The notes below the pieces were generated by a model, which was given only the letters and a program-made list of their open reading frames with translations, was not told the DNA's origin and ran no database searches. Both the position numbers and the translations under genes were made by a program. A stretch of DNA of 47,387 nucleotides from Candidatus Kerfeldbacteria bacterium RIFCSPHIGHO2_12_FULL_48_17 (GTDB lineage: Bacteria; Patescibacteriota; Patescibacteriia; HO2-48-17), in the NCBI GenBank assembly GCA_001818775.1, contig MHKD01000011.1:1-47387 (forward strand), given 5' to 3'. Shown piece after piece: positions 27,945 to 37,844 of this stretch. Each line of letters starts with the position of its first letter. The stretch's first letter is position 1.

Positions 27945-29357
27945 ATGCCCGGCGTACGAAATTCAAAAACCAATCTCTCACCCTGGCTGCACCAGCTCAA
28001 AAGAACGCGCCAGGTGGCAAAAATTTCCGGTGACGTAAAAACCGATGTGATTATTATTGGTGGGGGAATTGCCGGGGTGGTCACGGCCTACTACACACTG
28101 AAACTCACCGATAAAAGAGTCGTGCTGCTCGAAGCGAACAAGGTGGCGCATGGAGCAACCGGGCACAATGCCGGTCAGCTTGCCAGTTATTTCGAGCGGC
28201 CATTTTCGGATATTGTCCGTGAATTTGGAGAAAAAATGGCAGCCGATGGCCAGCAAGCTGTTGATTCCGCCTGGATCTTGCTGGAAGAAATTTTCGAAGA
28301 TGCCAAATTACAGACACCGTTCTGGCAATTCACCGGCTATGCCGGTTGTAGTACCGTAAGTGACGTGGTGACGCATTTACGGGATATTTTTTATCAGCGT
28401 CGCTCCGGCATCGCCAAAGAATCGCTGCTGATTGCGGAAGAACATGTGAAAGAATGCCACATACCCAAAGAACTCAAAGACAGTTACACTACACTGCCGC
28501 AAAAAGATATACTCGCACTCCTGGAAACAAAAAATAAAAAGTATGTAGCCGCTTTGGTGAAACGCAAGGGCTGCATGAACAGTGCTTTATTCACAGAAGA
28601 ATTGGTGGCGTATTTATTGCGCGTCTACACAAAACGTTTTACCCTGATTGAGCATGCGCCAGTCAGGCGTATTGCTCTGCACAAAGATGAAGCGGTTATG
28701 GAAGTGGACACGAAAACGCGGCGCACTCATACGGTTACGGGCAAGCGCGTGATCCTTTGTACAAATGGTTTTGAAAAAATAATGATCGCCGATATTGCCG
28801 GTGGCACTGATATCGATGGCAGTTTTCATCACCTGGTGCAGGGTTCGGTTGGATGCATGGCCGGATATCTGGAAGAACATGACGCATCGCCGGTAGCTAT
28901 CAGTTATCTGCCGGAAAATGCCGGCGCTGGTAATGGCGGAACACAGCAAGCCGAACCATATTTTTATCTGACACGTCGGCCGTTTGAAAAGAAGGGGACA
29001 AAAGATGTCAATCTGATTTGCGTCGGCGGACCGGAAGCACTGCTGGATGACACGAATAAATACTCGCATGAACATCCCTACCCGGAAGAGGCAGGAAAAA
29101 TGATCGATAAATTTTTGAAAAAAAATTACCGTCGGGCACCTGGACGGGTAAAATATGCCTTCAAGTGGCACGGTCTCATGGGTTATACACCCAATGGCCT
29201 GCGCTGCGTTGGTTTTGAACCGCGAAATCCCGTACTTATGTATAATCTTGGGTGCAATGGAGTGGGTATTTTACCGTCTATATTCGGCGGAAAAAGAATT
29301 GCCCTGTTGCTTCAGGGCAGAAAACTTTCACCATCGATTTTTGATCCCAGAACCTAA
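27945..29357 (+). CDS. FAD-dependent oxidoreductase (DAO/PuuB-like)
   Basis: IIGGGIAG, GATGHNAG, GCNGVG. Confidence 0.85.
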   Translation: MPGVRNSKTNLSPWLHQLKRTRQVAKISGDVKTDVIIIGGGIAGVVTAYYTLKLTDKRVVLLEANKVAHGATGHNAGQLASYFERPFSDIVREFGEKMAADGQQAVDSAWILLEEIFEDAKLQTPFWQFTGYAGCSTVSDVVTHLRDIFYQRRSGIAKESLLIAEEHVKECHIPKELKDSYTTLPQKDILALLETKNKKYVAALVKRKGCMNSALFTEELVAYLLRVYTKRFTLIEHAPVRRIALHKDEAVMEVDTKTRRTHTVTGKRVILCTNGFEKIMIADIAGGTDIDGSFHHLVQGSVGCMAGYLEEHDASPVAISYLPENAGAGNGGTQQAEPYFYLTRRPFEKKGTKDVNLICVGGPEALLDDTNKYSHEHPYPEEAGKMIDKFLKKNYRRAPGRVKYAFKWHGLMGYTPNGLRCVGFEPRNPVLMYNLGCNGVGILPSIFGGKRIALLLQGRKLSPSIFDPRT

Positions 29358-29404
29358 GGAATTCCGACCGCGATTTTGCTGCCGCGCACAGGAGCCGACA
29401 GCAA

Positions 29405-31210
29405 CTATTTTTTCAGCGCCCGCAGCGCATTCAATATAACCACAATATCAATTCCTTCCTGAATCAGGGCACCAGCCACAGGGACAATGAAACCAAAAGC
29501 AGCGCCGAGCATGCCCACCGTCGACAGGGCAATGCCGCCATATATACTCTGACGCGCAATCCGGAGAGTTCGGTGCGAAGCATCAAACAACTCCACCACA
29601 TCGGCCATATCATGACCCAAGACCGCCACATCGGCGGCTTCGATGGAAGCGCCGTTTTCCGTTCCGGAAAAAACCACGCCAACATCGGCCAGAGCCAAAG
29701 CTGGAGCGTCATTTAGGCCGTCACCCACCATCACCACTGTGTGGCCGGCCGCCTGCTCTTTCTTGATTATGGAGTATTTTTCCTCAGGCGACTGTTCAGT
29801 ATGCATTTCCACATCCATGCCACGAAACACCTTTTCGGCATTTTTCTTTTTATCGCCCGTAATCACGGCTACGCGCACGCCCTGTTTTTGCAGTTTCCGC
29901 AGAATACCGGCTGCACCCTTTTTCAAAACGTCGGAAAAATGAAAACGCGCCGTCTCGACTTTGTCACGCATCATTGCTAAAGCCATGCCACGTTCGCCAT
30001 CTTTGGCGGCACGGATGTGCCAGCGCGCCCCATCAACATCACCTTCTATGCCTTTTCCAATGCGCTCAGAAATATTTTCCGCATGCGCAAATTTTACGTT
30101 ACGCTTCCGGGCTTCTGCAACGATGGCTCGGGCCAACGGATGCAAAGAATGTATCTCAATGCCGGCCGCCACCGCGAGGATGTCTTCAGCGCTTTTCACG
30201 CCCTTCTCGCGCCAGGCCTTCTCACTGCCGCGCGCACCCGCACGCTTCTGCCGACCCAACAGCTCAACTTCCAGCAGTCGAGGCTCACCAAGCGTCAGTG
30301 TGCCGGTTTTATCAAAAAACACCACATCGGCTTTATGCAAATTTTCAAACGCCGCCGGTTTGCGCAAAATAATCCCGGCCCGCGCCGTCCGCGACATGCC
30401 GCTGACAAACGCCACCGGAGCGGCAATGATCAGGGGGCAGGGAGTAGCAATAACCAAAATCGCCAGCAGCCGCACCACATCACCCGTCACAGCAAAGGCC
30501 ACACCGGCGATGACAAATGTCACCAGAGTAAAAAAGAAATTGGCGCGTTCGCTCAGACGTACCGTGCGCGCCGGATGTTCGCGGGCATACTCAACCAGGT
30601 TAACAATCTTATGATAGGTAGAGGAAGAGAAATCACCGACAACTTTCAGCTCCAGACTGGCGCCAACGTTTACTGAACCGCTTTTCACGAAGGTGTCGGA
30701 AGCAATCGTTATCGGAGCCGCTTCGCCGGTCAGATTCGAAAGATTGAGAACAACTTCCTGTGGCGAACGCACCATTCCATCAAGCGGTACGATTTCATCG
30801 CGCTTGATCATGATCACATCACCCTCGCGCACCTTTTGAATCGGCGTCTCAACGTACGTTCCAGCCCGGCGGACCAGGCAATATTTTGGAATGGTATCGC
30901 TGAGTTTTTTCAAAGCCGTTTGCGCGCGACTGGACGCGAATACCTCCAAAGCCGCCCCGGTCGTGAACATCAGGGCAATCACACTACCCGCCAAATATTC
31001 ACCTGAATACACAGAAACAAGCAGAGCCAAAAAGGCGATATAGTCGAGGCTGTAGCGTTTTTCACGGATGCTTTCGTAAGAGTTGTGGATGATCTTACCG
31101 ACACCGATGGCCAGAGCCGCCAAAAACGCCAAACGAACACCGAATAGGCCCATCAGGAGCAGGACAAAAACCAACGCCGGGAGAAAAAAAATAGTCTGAT
31201 TTCGTTTCAT
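29405..31210 (-). CDS. P1B-type heavy-metal translocating ATPase
   Basis: TGE, ATPCPL, FDKTGTLT, HPLA, GDGLNDAPALA. Confidence 0.93.
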   Translation of the reverse strand: MKRNQTIFFLPALVFVLLLMGLFGVRLAFLAALAIGVGKIIHNSYESIREKRYSLDYIAFLALLVSVYSGEYLAGSVIALMFTTGAALEVFASSRAQTALKKLSDTIPKYCLVRRAGTYVETPIQKVREGDVIMIKRDEIVPLDGMVRSPQEVVLNLSNLTGEAAPITIASDTFVKSGSVNVGASLELKVVGDFSSSTYHKIVNLVEYAREHPARTVRLSERANFFFTLVTFVIAGVAFAVTGDVVRLLAILVIATPCPLIIAAPVAFVSGMSRTARAGIILRKPAAFENLHKADVVFFDKTGTLTLGEPRLLEVELLGRQKRAGARGSEKAWREKGVKSAEDILAVAAGIEIHSLHPLARAIVAEARKRNVKFAHAENISERIGKGIEGDVDGARWHIRAAKDGERGMALAMMRDKVETARFHFSDVLKKGAAGILRKLQKQGVRVAVITGDKKKNAEKVFRGMDVEMHTEQSPEEKYSIIKKEQAAGHTVVMVGDGLNDAPALALADVGVVFSGTENGASIEAADVAVLGHDMADVVELFDASHRTLRIARQSIYGGIALSTVGMLGAAFGFIVPVAGALIQEGIDIVVILNALRALKK

Positions 31211-31252
31211 GGAAGTATTGTAGCCTGAACGGAGAAATTTTGCTAATGTTTG

Positions 31253-31846
31253 TTATTTTTTGAATTTTTTTTTGAACCACCACAGGACGACGATCATAAG
31301 CGCACCCAGTGAGTCAAGCAGGAGATCATTGGCCGTATCAAAGCCGTCACCCAAACGGTGTGAGCCGGTAAAAAAATCTTCGATATATTCGGAAATTTCG
31401 TAAACCGTTCCGAACGTGATGACCAGACACACCGTAAACGTCAGCAGAAACCGCCGGGAATAGCGTTTCGAAACGCCAACTTCCAACAGATGCCACACCA
31501 GAACGGTCGCGCTGATGGAAGCAAAAAAATGCAAAAACGCATCATAGTGGGGAATGCGCGCATACAAAAAAAAGAAGTCCCCAAAAGCATCCAGGTAGAC
31601 GGAAGTGACTGCTATCAGGATGACCCATCTGGCACGGATGCTGGCATGACGTCGCTCCAAAAAGGACTGCGCCAACTCCAGAAAAATCCAAACAGCAGCA
31701 GAGGTGAACAAAAGACCAAGCGAAGTAAACTGCGGTTGGTACGGTATGATGTGGATCACTGCTAAAAACTCAACGGTAGCCAGTATGGCCAAAGGAATCC
31801 GCCAAAACCAGCGTATATATTTGTGTTTTTTAGTTTTTGTTGCCAT
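31253..31846 (-). CDS. Membrane protein (DUF2238/VanZ-like)
   Basis: Several TM segments; YDAFLHF, YEISEY, DTANDL motifs. Confidence 0.7.
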   Translation of the reverse strand: MATKTKKHKYIRWFWRIPLAILATVEFLAVIHIIPYQPQFTSLGLLFTSAAVWIFLELAQSFLERRHASIRARWVILIAVTSVYLDAFGDFFFLYARIPHYDAFLHFFASISATVLVWHLLEVGVSKRYSRRFLLTFTVCLVITFGTVYEISEYIEDFFTGSHRLGDGFDTANDLLLDSLGALMIVVLWWFKKKFKK

Positions 31847-31919
31847 GGGTATATTTTACCACGCACAAGCTGTTTACGAAAATTTTACAAACGCGACTGA
31901 TAAAGTTTATAATACCGTT

Positions 31920-32912
31920 ATGGAAACACAAATACTCGACATCATTACCCTCGCTGCCAGCCTCGGTGGTTTTTTCATTGCGGCATATATTTTCAGAAAA
32001 AAAGAAAAGAAGCAGGTCTTGGCCTGTCCTATTGGAGCCAGCTGTGACCTGGTGGTTAAAAGTGAGCATTCGCAATTTTTTGGGATCAGACTGGAAATCC
32101 TCGGCATGATCTACTATGGAATTGTTTTCGCTTCAGCAGTGTTTTTTTTGCTGGCACCGGATCTCGGCACGCAAACAATCAAACTTTTATTTATTGCCCT
32201 CAGTGCAACGGCGTTTCTGTTTTCTCTCTACCTGACATTTCTTCAGGCCTTTGTCATTCGCGACTGGTGTTCATGGTGTCTGCTATCAGCCGGCATGACG
32301 ACGGTGATTTTACTGACAACATTTATAGGCGCCAACGCCAACATCATTGACACATTGGCGGCAATTCACGATTCGCTGATAGTGTTTCATGTATTGGGTG
32401 TGGTGCTGGGTTTTGGTGGAACGGTTATGGCCGACATTATGTTTTTTAAATTTTTGAAAGACGGCAAGGTTTCGACATTTGAAAATGACGTGCTGCGTAC
32501 GATCAGCCAGGTAATTTGGTTTGCCCTGGCTTTGCTTCTTTTGACCGGTGCCGGGCTGTTTGTGGCCGAGATGGAACTGTTGAGCGGCAGTCCGAAGTTT
32601 TTGACGAAAATGGTGGTCGTCGGGGTCATTCTGGTGAACGGAGCTTTGCTGAATATTTTTATTGCTCCACATTTTGAAAAAATTATATTCGGCGGCGTCG
32701 GTGCAGATGAGCAATTGATTCGTTTCAGGCGTCTCAAAAAACTGGCTTTTGCGCTGGGGGCGATCTCAACCCTTTCCTGGGGGTCGGCGTTCTTGCTGGG
32801 GGCATTGCGGCGGATTCCCATGGATTTGGGCACGGCTCTGGGTGTGTATGGGGCGGTTTTGTTGATCGGAGTGATGGTTTCACAAATCATGGAGCGGCGG
32901 ATGCGACGATGA
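31920..32912 (+). CDS. Vitamin K epoxide reductase (VKOR) family protein with extra C-terminal multi-TM domain
   Basis: CPIGASCDLVVKS loop cysteines and WCSWC CxxC; likely start ATG 31920. Confidence 0.85.
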   Translation: METQILDIITLAASLGGFFIAAYIFRKKEKKQVLACPIGASCDLVVKSEHSQFFGIRLEILGMIYYGIVFASAVFFLLAPDLGTQTIKLLFIALSATAFLFSLYLTFLQAFVIRDWCSWCLLSAGMTTVILLTTFIGANANIIDTLAAIHDSLIVFHVLGVVLGFGGTVMADIMFFKFLKDGKVSTFENDVLRTISQVIWFALALLLLTGAGLFVAEMELLSGSPKFLTKMVVVGVILVNGALLNIFIAPHFEKIIFGGVGADEQLIRFRRLKKLAFALGAISTLSWGSAFLLGALRRIPMDLGTALGVYGAVLLIGVMVSQIMERRMRR

Positions 32913-33024
32913 TGCGGGGTTGATGCGGGGGTATTCGGCAACAGACCCTTGACAAAAGAGAGGCCGCGCGCTACAACAAAGCCAGGTATTTTCCTGGTTT
33001 TCTTTTACAAAAGGAGGGCTGGCG

Positions 33025-33690
33025 ATGGAAAGATTCGCAGAACGATTCGCAGATCCGTTGAGTGCGGTGACACACATTTTCGGAGTGTTTATCGCCATGG
33101 TTGGAGGGGTGACACTGGTGTTTTGCGCCATAAGTCAGGGTAATGATCATTTATTGGCGCTTACGGTATACGCGTTTTGGGGTGTTGGCATGTTTACGGG
33201 GAGTGCCGTCTATCACACGGTGAAATGCTCCCCAGAAACTCGGGCATTTTTGCGGAAGATAGACCACGTGTGCATTTTCGGATTTATTGCCGCCACGTAC
33301 ACACCGGTATGCGTGATCGCGCTGAAGGACAACGGAGGCACGGGAGTGCTGTTGGCGGCCTGGGCCATGGCGATCGGTGGGGGAAGTCTGAAGCATTTCT
33401 GGAAAAAACAGCCGAAGGTTATCAGTTATATCATATATTTGGTGGCCGGTTGGCTGGTGGTATTGGCAGCGCCATTTTTACCGCGGTCTTTGCAGGAGGC
33501 TATGCCAAAAACATTTACGCCATTGCTGATAGGTGGTTTATTTTACACAGTAGGGGCGCTCATTGACGGCCTCGGTGAGTTGCTGGGAAAAAGGTACAAA
33601 TTTCACGGTTGGGGAGGACATGAGATTTTTCACGTGTTTGTTTTGGCGGGGTGGGCCGTTCATTTTTATATGAACTGGCAGCTTATTTAA
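33025..33690 (+). CDS. Hemolysin III / PAQR family membrane protein
   Basis: SAVYH, RKIDHVCIF..TYTP, GGLFYTVGA, HEIFHVFV. Confidence 0.92.
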   Translation: MERFAERFADPLSAVTHIFGVFIAMVGGVTLVFCAISQGNDHLLALTVYAFWGVGMFTGSAVYHTVKCSPETRAFLRKIDHVCIFGFIAATYTPVCVIALKDNGGTGVLLAAWAMAIGGGSLKHFWKKQPKVISYIIYLVAGWLVVLAAPFLPRSLQEAMPKTFTPLLIGGLFYTVGALIDGLGELLGKRYKFHGWGGHEIFHVFVLAGWAVHFYMNWQLI

Positions 33691-33979
33691 GGGAAGGAGG
33701 GATTGGTAAATTATAGGGAAGAACCAGGCTTTTGGGTCAGGTTCTTCATTTATTTTTGGCTTTACAAAGGGGTGTTTTTATTGTATTATGACGATACGTT
33801 TTTGTATGTGTTTTCTCGAAAAAATTAGGTGCGGACCCCGAATTATCGGGCCCCGCAAACGAGGTGCGGAAGGAGTGAAACGACTGAGCACGCGTTTGTG
33901 GGGAAAAGGAGAAATACCGCGAAAGCCGGAGTGAACAAACGAATGTTTGGTCACACAGGCTGGAGCGAAATTTCGACGT

Positions 33980-34053
33980 GGGGTTGTAGCTCAGTTGGTT
34001 AGAGCGTCTGCCTGTCACGCAGAAGGTCGCGGGTTCGAGTCCCGTCAACCCCG
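33980..34053 (+). tRNA. tRNA-Asp(GTC)
   Basis: GGGGTTG/CAACCCC acceptor, TCTGC-CTGTCAC-GCAGA anticodon arm, GTTCGAGTC. Confidence 0.96.
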
Positions 34054-34212
34054 CTGATATAAAAAAGAATGCCATATGGGCATCTTTTTTATTACATTGA
34101 GATGATGGAGGGACGAGAAGGCGACCGTAGCGCTTGCGCCAGTGGCGCAAGGAAACGGCGCCTGGCTGCGAAGGAACTCCGAGTCGGCTTGCGACGAGGA
34201 GTGGGTGAGCAG

Positions 34213-34230
34213 GAGTCCCGTCAACCCCGC
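34213..34230 (+). repeat. 18-bp duplication of the tRNA-Asp 3' end (att-like)
   Basis: GAGTCCCGTCAACCCCGC identical to 34037-34054. Confidence 0.9.
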
Positions 34231-34386
34231 CATTCGATACTTCGGCCGGAATCAGTATTTACAAAATTGGAAAACGGAAGTAATATAAAAAAGTAGGGCG
34301 TCCAAAACGCCTTATTTTTATTAAAAATTCATTGATTTCCAACCAAAAAAATGCTAGGGTAAAATGAAATTATATAAAATATTCAA

Positions 34387-35313
34387 ATGGAAAATAAGAA
34401 CAATCAAATAATCATTTATAAAAGCACCGATGGGCAGACAAAGATTGAAGTGACGCTGGAAAATGAAACCGTTTGGCTTACGCAAGATCAAATGGCAGAG
34501 CTTTTTGATAAGGCAAAATCGACTATAAATGAACACATACAAAACGTCTATTATGAAAAAGAGCTTATTTTAGAAGAAACTATGAGAAAATTCGGAAATT
34601 CCGAATTTTCTACCAAGCCGACAAATTACTATAATCTGGACATGATCATCTCCGTCGGTTATCGTGTTAATTCTTTGCGGGGCACGCAATTTCGTATCTG
34701 GGCAACGAAAAAATTAAGGGAATATATTGTGAAAGGATTCGTGATGGATGATGAGAGGTTGGAAAATGGAAAAGTGGCGAAAACCTATTTTCAAGAATGG
34801 GAAGAACGAATCAGAAAAATCAGAACGTCGGAAGCTAATTTTTATCAAAAGATAAGAGATGTTTTTGCTACAAGCGTAGACTATAATGCTAAAGCGGATT
34901 ACGCGAAAAAGTTTTTTGCAATGGTGCAAAACAAATTTCATTTTGCCATTACCGGTTTGACGGCGGCGGAAATAGTGGCCAATCGAGTGGATGCGGCTAA
35001 GGAGAATTTAGGACTCACTAACTGGAAAGGCAAAATCATTACCCGAGAACAAGCGGAAATTGCGAAAAATTATTTGGAAGAGTTGGAGCTCAAACGATTA
35101 AATTTATTGGTGGAGCAATTTCTTTCGTTTGCTGAATTACAGAGTGTGGAACAAAGAGTTATGTATATGAAAAATTGGATTGAAAAGCTGGATGGGTTTC
35201 TTGTTTTGAACGATAAAGAAATTTTGGAAAATGCAGGAAATATAAGACGAAAAGACATGGAGAAGAAAGTGCGCCGAGAATTGGCAAAATTCAATCAAAA
35301 ATACTTAAAATAA
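34387..35313 (+). CDS. RhuM family (virulence-associated, putative DNA-binding) protein
   Basis: ETVWLTQDQMAELF, YNLDMIISVGYRVNSLRGTQFRIWAT, VQNKFHFAITG. Confidence 0.9.
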   Translation: MENKNNQIIIYKSTDGQTKIEVTLENETVWLTQDQMAELFDKAKSTINEHIQNVYYEKELILEETMRKFGNSEFSTKPTNYYNLDMIISVGYRVNSLRGTQFRIWATKKLREYIVKGFVMDDERLENGKVAKTYFQEWEERIRKIRTSEANFYQKIRDVFATSVDYNAKADYAKKFFAMVQNKFHFAITGLTAAEIVANRVDAAKENLGLTNWKGKIITREQAEIAKNYLEELELKRLNLLVEQFLSFAELQSVEQRVMYMKNWIEKLDGFLVLNDKEILENAGNIRRKDMEKKVRRELAKFNQKYLK

Positions 35314-35427
35314 AGTATGACATTTCTATTTCCTGTTGACATTCCAATATTTTCATTTGACAGAAAAACACGTCTCGCCTAACGTGTACGTGCGACTCAT
35401 TGAAAAACCTTTAGACGAAGGAGAAAA

Positions 35428-36660
35428 GTGATGAAATTGAAATGGAGTGTTATGGGAAGATTGTTTTTTATCGCCTTGATAACCATGGGTTTGCCGCCGT
35501 GGTGTCAGGACAGCGACGATGACGGCATTCTTGATAGGGTTGATAACTGCCCACAGGTGGCCAACATTGATCAAAAAGACAGTGATTTTGATCACGCTGG
35601 TGATGCCTGCCAGGTTTTTTTGGCGGTGTTTGGATATGACTGGGATGCGCACGGGTATGATGTTCGTGCGGTCAGTGACGGTGGCTATATCGTGGTTGGT
35701 GAAATCACGAACGCAACCCGGGATGCGTTTATAGTGAAAACCGACGCGTTTGGCAATGAACTGTGGAACAAATCCTTCGACAATGGCAGGATGGACAGCG
35801 CGCGTTCGGTGGTGGAAATTTCGGTCGGGAAATATATCGTCATGGGCACGGAAGAAGCAAACGGGATGTCGCGGATGTTCGTTATTGCGCTCGATCCCAG
35901 CGGAAATCAGGAATGGAAAAAAACGTTCATGGAGGGTTCCGGCAGCAATGAGTTTGGTCGCGGTCTCACCAAAAAAGACAATAGCATTATGGGAGTGAGC
36001 ACGGGCACCGACGCCAATGGGGCGATCTACAATCGTTTGCTCGGCCTGGACGAAGCAGGTAATGTTTTACAAAATACACTGATTGTGCACGGCGATTTTC
36101 AGTTTCGCACCATTGATGCGCGTTCAGCGGGATATATTGTTTGTGCCGAAGCGGAAAGTATGGATCATATTTCGTCGTGGGTGGCGCAGTTCGACAGCGG
36201 AGGCACCATCGTGGCGGAAAAAGATTTTCTCGATGGTGGCTGTAAGAACATTGCGACGCTGGCGGATGACGGCGCCATGTTAATAGGCGAGCTCGCGACC
36301 GAGGAGGGAAAGCAGCTCATATTGAGAAAATTCAACGCTGACCTTGGACATCTCTGGTTCAAGGAATACGGAAACCCGGGCGAAGATGAAGTTGGTCGCG
36401 CCGCGAGTGAGGCTGCAGACGGTGGATATTTCGCCGTCGGAAGTACAAAAACAACGGGCACAGAAATTTCCCAGGTGCTCATTATCAAAACAAACAGCGA
36501 TGGCGCCGTTGAGTGGGCACGGAAACTCAATGAGGATAGCGCCGCCGGAACCGGAGAAGCCGTCCGCGGCACACCAGATGGTGGTTTTGTGATGACGGGT
36601 CGGCATTTTGGAGGCGCGCTGCTCTGGAAAAGCGACAGCCAGGGAACGGTGCCGCAATAA
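35428..36660 (+). CDS. Secreted protein with an N-terminal thrombospondin type 3-like repeat and beta-propeller-like repeats
   Basis: Signal-like N-terminus, DSDDDGILDRVDNCP..GDAC, repeated DGGY.V.G / K.D..G...W units. Confidence 0.75.
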   Translation: MMKLKWSVMGRLFFIALITMGLPPWCQDSDDDGILDRVDNCPQVANIDQKDSDFDHAGDACQVFLAVFGYDWDAHGYDVRAVSDGGYIVVGEITNATRDAFIVKTDAFGNELWNKSFDNGRMDSARSVVEISVGKYIVMGTEEANGMSRMFVIALDPSGNQEWKKTFMEGSGSNEFGRGLTKKDNSIMGVSTGTDANGAIYNRLLGLDEAGNVLQNTLIVHGDFQFRTIDARSAGYIVCAEAESMDHISSWVAQFDSGGTIVAEKDFLDGGCKNIATLADDGAMLIGELATEEGKQLILRKFNADLGHLWFKEYGNPGEDEVGRAASEAADGGYFAVGSTKTTGTEISQVLIIKTNSDGAVEWARKLNEDSAAGTGEAVRGTPDGGFVMTGRHFGGALLWKSDSQGTVPQ

Positions 36661-36672
36661 TTTGTTTTTTAT

Positions 36673-36706
36673 AAAAGAGGGCACACATGTCTCGCTGCCC
36701 TCTTTT
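36673..36706 (+). terminator. Rho-independent terminator
   Basis: AAAAGAGGGCA...TGCCCTCTTTT. Confidence 0.7.
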
Positions 36707-36784
36707 TCAATACATTATTATTTTTTTGACAATATACGAAATCGCGCTAAACTTAAGAGTAATCATTTTTAAGAAAAAATATAT

Positions 36785-37579
36785 ATGAAAATTTTATCCC
36801 TCGCACAACTTATAAGTCTCAAAAATAAAACAGCCATCGTAACCGGCGGGGCCATGGGCATCGGTTTTGGCGTTGCGCGCCGATTAGCTGAAGCCGGAGC
36901 CAACGTCGTTATTGCCGATATTGATGGAGAAGTGGGCAAAGCGGCGGCCAAAGAGCTCAAGAACGAGAGTTGGCAGGCGGCATTTGTGAAAACTGATGTC
37001 TCGCGCGAACAAGATATACAAGCAGCCGTTGATTTTACGGTGAAAACCTACGGCGGAATAGATATACTCGTCAACAATGCCGGTATTTATCCAACCATTC
37101 CCATTCGGCAGATGAAACCGGCGGATTTTGAAAAAGTTCTGGCCGTAAATCTGAAAAGTGTGTTTCTTTCGACCAAGGCCGCGGCAGAACAGATGATCCA
37201 ACAAAAACGCGGCGGGAAAATCATTAACATTACCTCCATTGACGCTCTGCATCCATCATCGGTTGGTTTGGCGGTGTATGATGCGTCCAAGCACGGCGTC
37301 TGGGGATTTACCAAAAATACGGCACTGGAATTCGCTCCACACAACATTCAGATCAATGCCATTGCTCCGGGCGGGATAGCAACACCGGGCACGGGCGCAG
37401 GTAAAGCAATCCCTCCGGCCATGGAAGCGATCATCAAAAAATTTATCCAAAAAATTCCCATGAAACGCATGGGTGATCCCGATGATATCGGTAAAGTCGC
37501 ACTGTTTTTGGCTTCGGACCTCTCGAGTTATATGACCGGTTCACAGGTGGTGGTAGATGGGGGCGTATTACTTTCGTAG
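36785..37579 (+). CDS. Short-chain dehydrogenase/reductase
   Basis: TGGAMGIG, NNAG, YDASK. Confidence 0.93.
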   Translation: MKILSLAQLISLKNKTAIVTGGAMGIGFGVARRLAEAGANVVIADIDGEVGKAAAKELKNESWQAAFVKTDVSREQDIQAAVDFTVKTYGGIDILVNNAGIYPTIPIRQMKPADFEKVLAVNLKSVFLSTKAAAEQMIQQKRGGKIINITSIDALHPSSVGLAVYDASKHGVWGFTKNTALEFAPHNIQINAIAPGGIATPGTGAGKAIPPAMEAIIKKFIQKIPMKRMGDPDDIGKVALFLASDLSSYMTGSQVVVDGGVLLS

Positions 37580-37844
37580 ACGTACGGGCTTATCGTGGGG
37601 CCAACTCTGGCCGCAAACGTTACAGCATGGTTTTCTCGTAACAAGTCTCGCAAAAGATTTTTTCCGGGCGTTCTGGCGCGTAACTGGTACACCAAAAGTA
37701 GAATGGGAGATGATGGAATAAGAAGACTGTGGCGCCAGTTTAAAATAGTGAGGAGCCGTCGCTGTGGCGTCTGGGGACAACTTTTGGTATTGAAAATTTG
37801 TTAAAAAAATGATACCATCCAAAGAAGTCAATAAGTATTTTACT

